From the NCBI GenBank assembly GCA_024407725.1, contig JAKSVZ010000004.1, positions 26,563 through 58,562 on the forward strand: DNA of 32,000 nt, read 5' to 3'. Below, in pieces: positions 6,961 through 16,052 of the stretch. This DNA comes from Opitutales bacterium. Its GTDB lineage: Bacteria > Verrucomicrobiota > Verrucomicrobiia > Opitutales > UBA9783. The notes under the pieces are model-generated. The model saw only the letters and a list, made by a program, of their open reading frames with translations. It made no database searches and was not told the origin of the DNA. Position numbers and translations under genes: made by a program. The number at the start of each line of letters is the position of its first letter. Positions within the stretch are counted from its first letter, which is position 1.

Positions 6961-8424
6961 ATGTATCCTCTTTTGTTTTCTCTAGTCTACTTGTTGTACT
7001 TCTATTCAAGAGGGATTAATTATTCTTACTTTACACCGCAGCTGTTGCTGGAAGGCGCACTTTGGATAACTGCTTATTGGTTGCCTATAATAGGTTACTG
7101 TAAGTGGAAACGTAAAGATAAGTTGTTATTCAGCATCTTTATACTTCATGTCTTGGTGTTTTTAGGGAAACCCGTTATTTTGGCTTTACTCCCTAATCTG
7201 CAACAATGTACTTGGTTTTATCCTTATCGATATGTGTATTTTTCAATCGTACTGATTTTTTTATCCATCGGATCTTGGTTCTGGGTCCGCAGTAAAGCTG
7301 GTTGGAATAAAAAAATTACCCAAATCCTTAATGTAGCTTGTTTAGTCCTATTAGCACTTATGGGTAAACGAGTAATGGCCATTTACCCTTATACCGTCGA
7401 TAGCCATAAACACCATGTAGCCATCAACCAAAAGAATGCGTTACCCAACATCTACCATATCTGCCTTGATATGCACATGGGACAAAAGGGACTTATGGAT
7501 GGCTTTAAGTATGATAATTCTAAGTTCTATCAACAATTAGGCGACTTGGGCTTTTGGTATGACTTGAATTCTAAGTCAAATTATCCCTTAACTTATGCTA
7601 GTTTTACATCCATGTTTCAAATGGATTACTTGAAACAAGTCGATCAACGCCAATGGCTATCTATCATAAAAACCCAAGCAACGGCGTTAGATATTTTAAT
7701 AAAGAATGGTTATTATACTGTCCATTACACAAGGTATAATACTTTCTACTCAGATTCTTTTTGTTGTACTTATTCAAATTCATTAAAAGGTTATGTTCTG
7801 CAGAATCATATTGCACAAAACACTTTCTTGGCTCAATGCCTCAAGAAGACGCGCAATAGGATTTTATTAAATGCAGCTTTAGATACGATTAACGATATCT
7901 GTTATGCCAAAACGCTGCATGGCTCAAACGGAAATTATTTTTTCTTCCATGTTGAGAACCCCCATCATCCTTATGTTTGGGATTCGAGTTCTTGGAATCG
8001 ATGCCATCCAAATTTTACAGGAACTATGGACACCAACCATTCGGGTTTAACAACTCAATATAAGCATATCGATTCGCTAGCTCTTTATGCTATTCGAGAA
8101 ATTCTTAACCAGTATGATGAAGAGCATAAACCGATTATCATCTTACACGGCGATCATGGATTAGACACTATAAACCTCAGTACATTTACACCAAAAGATT
8201 TTTGTGAAGAAAATAAAATAAACTTTTCTAACCTATATGCTATTTATTTACCCAAACAATACCGCCAAGCGCTTCCCCCTCCTCCTGGGTTAGTCAACAC
8301 CTTTCGCTGGTTGTTTAATACCTTATTAAATACCCAATATCCTTATTTGGAATCACGCCAAATAGCGTATAACGAAACCGATGAAACGTTGTATGATATA
8401 ACCGATTGCGTAAATCAACAGTAG
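6961..8424 (+). CDS. Polytopic membrane protein with C-terminal sulfatase / alkaline-phosphatase-superfamily-like domain
   Basis: About 5 N-terminal TM helices. The soluble domain carries LPNIYHICLDMH (metal-ligand Asp context), FFFHVENPHHPYVW (the PHxPY motif seen in sulfatases) and IIILHGDHGL. Partly AT-rich (28% GC in 7681..7740 by hand count). A paralog begins at 31354. Start preceded by AAGAGG, 14 nt after rpmE2. Confidence 0.5.
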   Translation: MYPLLFSLVYLLYFYSRGINYSYFTPQLLLEGALWITAYWLPIIGYCKWKRKDKLLFSIFILHVLVFLGKPVILALLPNLQQCTWFYPYRYVYFSIVLIFLSIGSWFWVRSKAGWNKKITQILNVACLVLLALMGKRVMAIYPYTVDSHKHHVAINQKNALPNIYHICLDMHMGQKGLMDGFKYDNSKFYQQLGDLGFWYDLNSKSNYPLTYASFTSMFQMDYLKQVDQRQWLSIIKTQATALDILIKNGYYTVHYTRYNTFYSDSFCCTYSNSLKGYVLQNHIAQNTFLAQCLKKTRNRILLNAALDTINDICYAKTLHGSNGNYFFFHVENPHHPYVWDSSSWNRCHPNFTGTMDTNHSGLTTQYKHIDSLALYAIREILNQYDEEHKPIIILHGDHGLDTINLSTFTPKDFCEENKINFSNLYAIYLPKQYRQALPPPPGLVNTFRWLFNTLLNTQYPYLESRQIAYNETDETLYDITDCVNQQ

Positions 8425-8528
8425 TTCCTTTGGCGAAATTATTACAGGGATATTAAGGAAATTCCTCGTATATCGAAAAACAGTTTAATAACTTTTCTAA
8501 AATCTTTTTTTAGATAACATTTTAACCT

Positions 8529-9824
8529 GTGAAAAGTTATCAACAACTTTTGTTTATCTCCCTTTACCGTCTTCTCTTTTTCCCTGCTTTATTCATTGTT
8601 CTGCCTCGCTATTTATTCACGATGATGCGTCGCGGGGGGTACGGCACCTGTTTTTGGCATCGTTTTGGATATGTTCCTAAACCGACGGTAGGTCACCCGA
8701 TATGGATTCAAGCGGTAAGCGTTGGTGAGATTGAAGCGCTAAAACCTTTATTGATTGCGTTACAGCAAAAAAGCATTCCCGTTTATTTGACCACCACTAC
8801 CTCAACCGCCTTTGGGGTAGCCCGTACCAAATACGCTTCATTGGTTGATCGCCTTGCGTATTTTCCTTTAGATTTCTGGTTGTTTTCAGCCCTTGCTTGG
8901 CGGCGCATTCAACCAAAACAGGTATTGTTGATGGAATCCGAACTATGGCCTGAGCACTTAACTCAAGCCGCGCGGCATAAAGTTCCTGTTTGTTTAATCA
9001 ACGGTCGCTGTTCGGATCGAAGTTTTAAGCGTTATCGTCAATTTCCTTGGGTAGCGTCCCTCATGCTTCATCAAGTATCAACAATTGCTGCTGCCACCGC
9101 TTGTGACACCCAACGGTTTCAGGCACTCTGTCCTAACCATCCGAACATCACCACGGTCGGCAATTTAAAAGTCGATGCTTCCTTATCCCAAGGGAAAGCA
9201 TTAACGTTACAACGCACGGATTTAGGCAGTTCTTGGGAATCGGCATCCATTATCATCGGTGCATCTACTTGGACAGGGGAAGAACGCTTATTGTTGGATT
9301 GCTTCATGCAGCTCAAAAAGCAATATCCGCATTTAAAATTAATCTTGGTTCCGCGCCATAAGGAGCGAAAGCCGGAACTCCAACGCTTGTTAAAAACTTA
9401 TCCGCTGAGCTTTTGCTTCCGTAGTCAACCTCAGCAGGATGTAAGCGTTTATGTCGTGGATTCCACCGGTGAATTGCGGAATTTTATTGCCTTGGCTGAT
9501 TGGGCATTTATTGGGAAAAGCCTAGATCCCAATCGCGGAGGACAAACCCCATTGGAAGCGGCTGCGATTGGAAAACCGATGGTCTATGGCCCGCATATGG
9601 AAAATTTCGCCGACATTTGTAGTAGTTTGGAGCAAGCGGGTGGGGCGCGTCGATGCCAAACGGCAGAAGAAGTTCAGTCGTGTTTAACCCAATGGGTGAA
9701 TCAACCGCAATCCGCCGTTGCTTATGGGAATCATGCTCATCAATGGATATTGGCCCATAAGGGCACGGTTCAACGGCTACTCACCTTAATCTTTGATTTG
9801 CCTTCCCACACGCAAGAAGCGTAA
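8529..9824 (+). CDS. waaA: 3-deoxy-D-manno-octulosonic acid (Kdo) transferase
   Basis: N-terminal membrane anchor, WIQAVSVGE motif, and a C-terminal GT-B half with GGQTPLEAAAIGKPMVYGPHMENF. GTG start at 8529. Confidence 0.85.
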   Translation: MKSYQQLLFISLYRLLFFPALFIVLPRYLFTMMRRGGYGTCFWHRFGYVPKPTVGHPIWIQAVSVGEIEALKPLLIALQQKSIPVYLTTTTSTAFGVARTKYASLVDRLAYFPLDFWLFSALAWRRIQPKQVLLMESELWPEHLTQAARHKVPVCLINGRCSDRSFKRYRQFPWVASLMLHQVSTIAAATACDTQRFQALCPNHPNITTVGNLKVDASLSQGKALTLQRTDLGSSWESASIIIGASTWTGEERLLLDCFMQLKKQYPHLKLILVPRHKERKPELQRLLKTYPLSFCFRSQPQQDVSVYVVDSTGELRNFIALADWAFIGKSLDPNRGGQTPLEAAAIGKPMVYGPHMENFADICSSLEQAGGARRCQTAEEVQSCLTQWVNQPQSAVAYGNHAHQWILAHKGTVQRLLTLIFDLPSHTQEA

Positions 9825-9833
9825 AATATCATT

Positions 9834-9971
9834 ATGTTTCGATTGCCGGATTCTTTATGGATCAAATGGTTAACTGCCTTCCTTATTTTGTTAGGATTAA
9901 CGCTGGTTGCACATCCCATTCTTCAACACGCACGGCAAGAAGCAAGCCAGACTCAAAGCTGTAAGCCTTAG
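9834..9971 (+). CDS. Possible small single-pass membrane protein (45 aa)
   Basis: ATG at 9834, 9 nt after the waaA stop. Reads MFRLPDSLWIKWLTAFLILLGLTLVAHPILQHARQEASQTQSCKP with a TAG stop at 9969..9971. One clear TM helix. No homology recognised. Confidence 0.25.
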   Translation: MFRLPDSLWIKWLTAFLILLGLTLVAHPILQHARQEASQTQSCKP

Positions 9972-10031
9972 AGCTACCGATTAATTTTTTTGCTTGAAAA
10001 AAGGTCGAAATAACGCTTAATTGTTACCAAG

Positions 10032-10259
10032 ATGATTAAGCAAATTTCTGATTTGACCGATGGGGATACCGCAAAGGTTCTTTCGGTTAATCGAAAGGAT
10101 GCACTGGGCATACGCTTACTTGAACTAGGCTTTACCCCCGGAACACCCGTGCGGATCATTCGGTCTGTTTCTAAAAAGGGTCCGATAGAGGTATTGATCC
10201 GTGGATGCCGTTTAATGATTGGATTGTCGGAAGCACAATCGATTTATATTCAAGCGTAG
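10032..10259 (+). CDS. feoA: Ferrous iron transport protein A
   Basis: 75-aa SH3-like FeoA pattern (L..L..G....V..V........LLELGF.PG..V), immediately upstream of feoB. Confidence 0.8.
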   Translation: MIKQISDLTDGDTAKVLSVNRKDALGIRLLELGFTPGTPVRIIRSVSKKGPIEVLIRGCRLMIGLSEAQSIYIQA

Positions 10260-12254
10260 GTGAATAACCAGTCCTACCAACGTACTATTTTTATTATTGG
10301 TAATCCAAACGTTGGGAAAACGACGCTTTTTAATGACCTAACGGGAGCTAATGAACCGGTATCGAACTATAACGGCAGTACCCATGCGGCGAAATCTCGG
10401 CTGGTTTTTGACAATTTTGGAAAGCAAAACCTCGTTTACGATTTACCCGGAGTATACGGGGCCTCTGCTTATCTGCAAGAAGAACAGCAGATTTTTAAGC
10501 TGCTCTATCAATCGAATGAACACAATCGCATCCTATTGGTGGTTAATGCTCAGCAGTTGGAACGCAATTTGTTTCTCGTTACCCAAATCCTAGAGCTAGG
10601 TATACCAACCTGCTTGGTTATTACGTTTTCAGAACACGCTTATAAACAAGGACATACCTTATCCATCGACGTCCTACAACAAGCGCTTAAGATACCCATC
10701 ATTCCGTTGAGCGAGGCTCCTCAGTTGCGTAGACGCCAATTGCGCGACATCATGACGCAAGACCAATTTCAAACAAGCGCTTTAGATTTTCACTATACCC
10801 CCAATATTCAGCGTTGTTTCGACACGTTAGCAACCCAAAGCGGGCTGTCGAAAGGCTGGTGCGAATGCTTCTTGTTTCAAGATAGCCAACACTATACAGA
10901 ATTGATATCCGACAAGGCTCCGCTGTTGCTGCACACCATTGATGAACTCAACCAAGCAGACCATCACTGGAAAACACGCATGATTGCTGCCCGTTATACT
11001 TGGATTGAACAATTGGTAACCCGTTGCATTCAACATGTACCACACCCTACGTTAATCCCTTGGGATCGATTGTTTTTACATAAAGTATGGGGTCCGTTAG
11101 CAGGCGGTGTGATTTTTTTCGCAATGCTCTTTGCTGTCTTTTCCCTATCCGAATATCCAATGCGGCTTTGTGAATGGGGAATTCAATGGCTCCAACTATG
11201 GATCAATACCCACCTGCCACAGGGTTGGTTACAAGCCCTCATAAGCGAAGGAATTATTGGAGGCGTCGGCAATGTTTTATTGTTTTTACCGCAATTTGTA
11301 CTGATGGTTACCTGCATGAATATGCTAGAAAACACAGGTTATTTGGCTCGAATTACCTTTCTGTTGGATCGCTTGATGAAAAAGATTGGGCTTTCAGGTT
11401 CCTCCTTCATTGCCCTCATCTCCTGCTACGCATGCACCATTCCGGGGTTATTACAAACACGTTGCCTGCCCAACCGTGAAGAACGCCTAACCACCCTGTT
11501 TGTAGCGCCTTGGGTGAATTGTGCTAGCCGCATCCCTATTTACCTCCTGCTCCTATCGCTTTTATTCGATGACTTAGCAACGTGGGCAAAGGTTCTCATC
11601 TTAATCAGCATCTACCTAACCGGATTGTTAGCCGCGCTGGTGCTGGCTGCCATTATCCGCAAATATATCCTAAAAACCCGCCATTTTGCTCAAATCAACG
11701 AAATGCCTCCATTGCTCTATCCACAATGGAATTACATCCTTAAGGTTCTCAAAGCACAAACTTGGTTCTTCCTTAAAAAATCAGGGACGGTGGTACTGGG
11801 ATTCAGCATTGTTCTGTGGTGCTGCCTGCATACCAACCTCACCTTAGCTTCAGGGAAAACCATCAATTGCGTCCATTGGTTAGCCGATAAGCTAGAGATC
11901 TTCTTCAAACCGATAGGTTTCGATGGCAATATCAGCCTCAGCCTGTTAAGCGCCTTTGGAGCAAGGGAAAACTTTATATCCACCCTAGGGGTTTTGTACA
12001 ATGTGGATGCCAAACAACCCAGTACCCTGCGTACCTTTCTCCAACAAGCAGTTGATGCTCAAGGCAACCCCATTTATTCGCTTGCGACCTGCGTATCGCT
12101 TATTTTGTTCTTCATGTTCTCTCTGCAGTGCATCGGAACATTCATTTCCGTTAAACATGAAACCTATTCGTGGCGTAAAACTTTTTTGCAATTTGCATTT
12201 ATGAACGCATTCACCTATGGGATATGCTTCACAGTTTATCACTTATTGGCTTAA
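10260..12254 (+). CDS. feoB: Ferrous iron transporter B (GTPase plus permease)
   Basis: N-terminal G domain IFIIGNPNVGKTTLFNDLTG and DLPG, followed by a polytopic permease with gate-motif regions. The GTG start abuts the feoA stop. Confidence 0.9.
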   Translation: MNNQSYQRTIFIIGNPNVGKTTLFNDLTGANEPVSNYNGSTHAAKSRLVFDNFGKQNLVYDLPGVYGASAYLQEEQQIFKLLYQSNEHNRILLVVNAQQLERNLFLVTQILELGIPTCLVITFSEHAYKQGHTLSIDVLQQALKIPIIPLSEAPQLRRRQLRDIMTQDQFQTSALDFHYTPNIQRCFDTLATQSGLSKGWCECFLFQDSQHYTELISDKAPLLLHTIDELNQADHHWKTRMIAARYTWIEQLVTRCIQHVPHPTLIPWDRLFLHKVWGPLAGGVIFFAMLFAVFSLSEYPMRLCEWGIQWLQLWINTHLPQGWLQALISEGIIGGVGNVLLFLPQFVLMVTCMNMLENTGYLARITFLLDRLMKKIGLSGSSFIALISCYACTIPGLLQTRCLPNREERLTTLFVAPWVNCASRIPIYLLLLSLLFDDLATWAKVLILISIYLTGLLAALVLAAIIRKYILKTRHFAQINEMPPLLYPQWNYILKVLKAQTWFFLKKSGTVVLGFSIVLWCCLHTNLTLASGKTINCVHWLADKLEIFFKPIGFDGNISLSLLSAFGARENFISTLGVLYNVDAKQPSTLRTFLQQAVDAQGNPIYSLATCVSLILFFMFSLQCIGTFISVKHETYSWRKTFLQFAFMNAFTYGICFTVYHLLA

Positions 12255-14014
12255 TTGCTTTTAGGTTGAGAACCGCCAATCAGCTGCTTCGATACTAATT
12301 GCTGATAACGGAAGTTGGTCTTAAGTAGCTCCTCATGCGTTCCTTGCCCAACCAAACTACCTTTTTCAAACACCCAAATACTATCGGCCTGTTGAATCGT
12401 GCTGATACGGTGTGCAATCGCAATTACTGTCTTCTGTTTGCGGATCTCATCCAAACTCTTTTTGATCAACGCCTCGCTTTCAGAATCCAACGCAGAAGTT
12501 GCTTCGTCCAAAATCAAGATAGGGGCTTGCTTTAAAAATGCACGCGCAATCGCTAAGCGCTGCCGTTGCCCACCTGAAAAACGATTGCCGTTCTCACCAA
12601 TCCTACTATCGTATCCACCGGCTTCACAAATGAAATCATGCGCATAAGCCATCTTGGCAGCTTCAATGATCTCCTCACGCGTTGCATTGGGCTTGCCTAA
12701 ACGTAAATTTTCCAAAAAAGTATCGTTAAATAAAATGGTCGATTGCGAAACAATCGAAATTTGCTGCCTTAGGTGCTTTAAATCCCATTGGCGGATATCT
12801 ACCCCGTCCATTAAAACGGCTCCCTCGGTCACATCATACAAGCGGGTAATGAGCTTGATGAGCGTTGTTTTTCCAGCCCCACTGTGCCCAACTAAAGCAT
12901 AAAACTTGTGCTTTTCCATGGTGCCATCCACCTGATGAATCACCTGAGGACTTTTGTTCGAATACCCAAAGGAAACATTTTGGAAGGTAATACTTCCGGA
13001 ACAGGAACCAAGGTAAGGATTATTTTCAGGTGATTGAATCGTGGGTACCTGCTGCAAAATCTCCCCAATGCGTTCAATCGAACCGGTTACGCCTTGTAAG
13101 GATCCAAACAAGGTATTGAGCCGTTTAATAGGGTCAAATGCTAGGTACAAAGCCATACCCATAGCACTAAAGACAGAAAATGGCACGTTTGCGCAATAAG
13201 CATAGGTAAACACAACCGCAATAATGATTGCCGATAACACCTCCATAATCGGTTGCTGCAGCTTTTGCCAAGCGACAACTAAATTGGTTGATAATGCCGC
13301 AGCTTCAATGGTCTCCTGAATTTTCAACTTTACCCGCTCGGCTAAATTGAACAACCGAACTTCTTGAACCGCGTTCAAATTTTCAGACACCTGAGCGGTT
13401 AATACGCCTTCGGTGCACTGCTGAATACGGCTATATTTCTTAACTCGTGATCGTAGCAGACGCACCGGTAAAAAGCAAAAGGGGATAGAGACGCAAAACA
13501 CCAAGAATAAAGCAACGCTACTGTTTTTTAAGGACAGATAAATCAAGCTTCCAAAAGCCGCCAACATTTGTAAGGGCTGCTTAATCCCTTCCGAAATCCA
13601 TTCGAGAAAAATATCCTGAATTTTTTTAGGATCCCCTATCACCCGATGCACCAAATCACCAGTTGTGTTATGATCAAAAAAACTTAACTGTAATATCTGT
13701 AGTTTTTCGATTAAATCCGTCCTTAAATGGCTTAGAACGTATAAACCGCAGCGGTTCATCAACACCACATTGAGATAGCCTGAAATCCCCCGTAGGGCAA
13801 ACCCCAACGGAATTAAAACCGCCATACCGATAATTTCAGCATACGAATAAGCCGTCGAAGATTCAAATATCCGACGAAATACCTTTTCGAATATCAACGG
13901 CAATCCAAGGCCACTGGTTAATCCATAGATACACCCACACACAAATGCCCATAAAAATAACCATTTTTTATGGAAAACATAACGTTTGCAGGTATTCCAT
14001 AACAAGCGATGCAT
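12251..14014 (-). CDS. ABC transporter, fused permease/ATPase, MsbA-like lipid/multidrug exporter
   Basis: Six-TM exporter domain followed by an NBD with Walker A GHSGAGKTT, signature FSGGQRQRLAIARA and Walker B ILILDEATSALD. Its stop overlaps the feoB stop (TTAA at 12251..12254). Confidence 0.85.
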   Translation of the reverse strand: MHRLLWNTCKRYVFHKKWLFLWAFVCGCIYGLTSGLGLPLIFEKVFRRIFESSTAYSYAEIIGMAVLIPLGFALRGISGYLNVVLMNRCGLYVLSHLRTDLIEKLQILQLSFFDHNTTGDLVHRVIGDPKKIQDIFLEWISEGIKQPLQMLAAFGSLIYLSLKNSSVALFLVFCVSIPFCFLPVRLLRSRVKKYSRIQQCTEGVLTAQVSENLNAVQEVRLFNLAERVKLKIQETIEAAALSTNLVVAWQKLQQPIMEVLSAIIIAVVFTYAYCANVPFSVFSAMGMALYLAFDPIKRLNTLFGSLQGVTGSIERIGEILQQVPTIQSPENNPYLGSCSGSITFQNVSFGYSNKSPQVIHQVDGTMEKHKFYALVGHSGAGKTTLIKLITRLYDVTEGAVLMDGVDIRQWDLKHLRQQISIVSQSTILFNDTFLENLRLGKPNATREEIIEAAKMAYAHDFICEAGGYDSRIGENGNRFSGGQRQRLAIARAFLKQAPILILDEATSALDSESEALIKKSLDEIRKQKTVIAIAHRISTIQQADSIWVFEKGSLVGQGTHEELLKTNFRYQQLVSKQLIGGSQPKSN

Positions 14015-14051
14015 GCTTGTTTACTATACAATTTTAGCCTGAACAACAAGC
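14001..14051 (-). promoter_or_regulatory. Three copies of a 7-mer (AACAAGC / GCTTGTT) able to form mutually exclusive hairpins around the ABC-exporter start codon
   Basis: Plus strand has AACAAGC at 14001..14007, GCTTGTT at 14015..14021 and AACAAGC at 14045..14051. The start codon (14014..14012) lies in the 7-nt loop of the first pairing. Confidence 0.35.
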
Positions 14052-14140
14052 ACCATTTTTTTGTAATGTACAAACCTTTAATCTTGATTAGTCTTGATAA
14101 AATCTGTAAAATTCAGCGATTTCGCTGATGAAAGGAATTA

Positions 14141-14464
14141 ATGATGCACAAACAAATGGATTTGAATTACGCGTTTTTTGAAAAATTATTACCCGATCAA
14201 AAAAAATGGTATACTGTCAAAGAAGCTGCAGCTATCTTGGGTCGTAGTAATCAATACATTCGCGATTGCTTTGATAATCAAAAGATTTTGGGACATGTTT
14301 GGAACGGAAAGGCAACCAAAGGCCAAGAACAACGCCATTCCTACCATATTCCTCGTAGTAGCATGATTTTGTTTTTAATGGAAACTGCTAATTACACAGC
14401 AAACGATTTCTTAACGCGCGTAAAACATGCAGAACAAAGTGTTCAAAGCGAATGGAATCTGTAA
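14141..14464 (+). CDS. Small helix-turn-helix DNA-binding protein (excisionase/MerR-like HTH)
   Basis: 107 aa. WYTVKEAAAILGRSNQYIRDCF is a typical excisionase-type HTH. AAAGGA precedes the ATGATG at 14141/14144. Confidence 0.55.
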   Translation: MMHKQMDLNYAFFEKLLPDQKKWYTVKEAAAILGRSNQYIRDCFDNQKILGHVWNGKATKGQEQRHSYHIPRSSMILFLMETANYTANDFLTRVKHAEQSVQSEWNL

Positions 14465-14468
14465 ACGG

Positions 14469-15971
14469 TTATTCTCGGTCAAAGCAACGGTATTGCAGGG
14501 CTTCCTCTAGGTGTTGTCTCAAAATTCCTTGAGAATTGGCTAAATCTGCAATCGTACGGCCTAACTTAAGCACCTTATGGTACGCACGTACCGACAGATG
14601 CAATTGCTCACAGGCGCTTTGCAAAAAACGCAAATCTTCCGGCGAACAGTAACACGTTTGTTCTATGCCATCAGCCGATAGGTACGCGTTATAAAACCCT
14701 GAGCGTTGTATTTGCAGGGTACGGGCTGCCGTAATCCGTTTACGAACCTCCAAGGAAGATTCTTCTGCCGTCTGACGAGCACGCAGAGCTGAAAAATCAA
14801 CTGGATGAACCTCGATCTGCATATCAAACCGATCCATCAACGGACCACTGATGCGCGCGCGGTAATTCCGAATCTGATTCTGTGAACATTTACAGGTTCG
14901 TTGGCGATTGCCAAAGTACCCGCAGGGGCATGGATTCATCGCAGCAATACACAAGGTACGACAGGGAAAGGTCAATTTTCCATTGGAACGAACAATCGTA
15001 ACCATGCCGTTTTCCAATGGTTGCCGCAACATATCCAATACCGAACGCTTAAATTCCGGCAGTTCATCTAAAAACAAAACTCCATTATGCGCTAATGAAA
15101 TCTCTCCCGGTTTGGGAATGCTTCCACCACCAATCAATCCAGCATCGCTTACATTATGATGGGGAGCACGAAAGGGTCGCCGTTTTGCAAGCGTATCGCT
15201 CACTAAGCCACAGGCCGATTGAATCTTTAAAATATCCAGCCACTCCTCATGCGTAGGCGGAGGCAACAGATCCGGAATGCATTTAGCAATCATGGATTTT
15301 CCGCACCCCGGTGGCCCCATCAACAAAATATTGTGGTTACCCGCAACCGCAATTTCAACCGCTCGCTTTAAAATACACTGTCCCCGAATTTCTTGTAAAT
15401 CATGTTCTATGGGTGCATCCTCTTGAAGATTATGTTGAGACAAGGGCTGGCAGACCTTTTTGCCACTCAAAAACTCAACGCAATCCTTGAGGTGTTCCAT
15501 CCCATAAACATCTATCCCTTCAACAAACGTAGCTGCTGCCGCACAAGCCATCGGAAGAATCACTCCCCGTTTACCCAATTTCCGCGCCAACAAAGCCAAA
15601 TTAAACGCCCCAGGAACCGCACGCAATTTACCGGATAACCCCAGTTCTCCAGCAATAATAAACTCAGAAGCACGCGCTAAGCTTGCTTGTTGCGTTGCCT
15701 CAATCACCGCTAAGGCTATCGGTAGGTCATACATAGGCCCCTCTTTGCGCACATCACCCGGCGCTAAATTAATCGTAATACGGGATAGCGGCAGGGAAAA
15801 ACCACAGTTGCCCAAGGCAGAATACACACGGTTTTGAGATTCTTTAACAGCCGCATCGGGCAACCCTACCATAACCCATTTCAGCTCCCCCCGCTCTCCT
15901 GTATTAACCTCAATTTGAATCGGTAAAGCATCTACTCCTTGCAAACAACCGGATTCAATTCCCGATAACAT
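14469..15971 (-). CDS. comM: YifB/ComM-family Mg-chelatase-like AAA+ ATPase
   Basis: Lon-protease-like N-domain. Walker A GPPGCGKS and Walker B LFLDELPEF. A Cys cluster CPCGYFG...CKC. C-terminal ChlI-like helix bundle. Full length at 500 aa. Confidence 0.9.
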   Translation of the reverse strand: MLSGIESGCLQGVDALPIQIEVNTGERGELKWVMVGLPDAAVKESQNRVYSALGNCGFSLPLSRITINLAPGDVRKEGPMYDLPIALAVIEATQQASLARASEFIIAGELGLSGKLRAVPGAFNLALLARKLGKRGVILPMACAAAATFVEGIDVYGMEHLKDCVEFLSGKKVCQPLSQHNLQEDAPIEHDLQEIRGQCILKRAVEIAVAGNHNILLMGPPGCGKSMIAKCIPDLLPPPTHEEWLDILKIQSACGLVSDTLAKRRPFRAPHHNVSDAGLIGGGSIPKPGEISLAHNGVLFLDELPEFKRSVLDMLRQPLENGMVTIVRSNGKLTFPCRTLCIAAMNPCPCGYFGNRQRTCKCSQNQIRNYRARISGPLMDRFDMQIEVHPVDFSALRARQTAEESSLEVRKRITAARTLQIQRSGFYNAYLSADGIEQTCYCSPEDLRFLQSACEQLHLSVRAYHKVLKLGRTIADLANSQGILRQHLEEALQYRCFDRE

Positions 15972-16010
15972 ATAACTTTAATCATTGTTAATGCATCCCA
16001 AAAGTCACGA

Positions 16011-16052
16011 AAAATATTGCATTCACGAGTTCCTATTCATCAAATAATAATC
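16011..16052 (+). promoter_or_regulatory. Conserved 5' block of methyltransferase paralog A (candidate promoter TTGCAT-N17-TCAAAT)
   Basis: 39 of 42 nt are identical to 22135..22176. TTGCAT 16017..16022, 17-nt spacer, TCAAAT 16040..16045, then ATG 7 nt later. It could instead be coding if the TTG at 16017 is the real start. Confidence 0.35.

Noticed and set aside
9972-10031. Fur box or other iron-responsive operator upstream of feoA (T6-GCTTG-A6 palindrome and surrounding AT-rich sequence)
   Set aside because: There is no convincing match to the GATAATGATAATCATTATC-type 19-mer. The T/A-run palindrome is weak and could arise by chance in AT-rich spacer.
12251-12254. Convergent feoB and ABC-exporter genes sharing the tetranucleotide TTAA as both stop codons
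   Set aside because: The overlap is real, but it is a trivial consequence of genome compaction. No terminator or regulatory structure is implied by the sequence.
12335-12902. Plus-strand ORFs inside the ABC exporter gene. Similar antisense or off-frame ORFs occur inside der, accD, feoB, comM, prc, rhomboid, dnaJ, recA and secA (for example 23642..24164 and 29295..30398).
   Set aside because: They are shadow ORFs on the opposite strand or an alternative frame of strongly supported genes. Their sequences are low-complexity or Arg/Ser-rich and carry no motifs.
14469-15971. comM as a disrupted integration site for an island (given the adjacent excisionase-like HTH)
   Set aside because: comM is intact and full length (500 aa, all AAA+ motifs). 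No integrase or flanking direct repeats are present.
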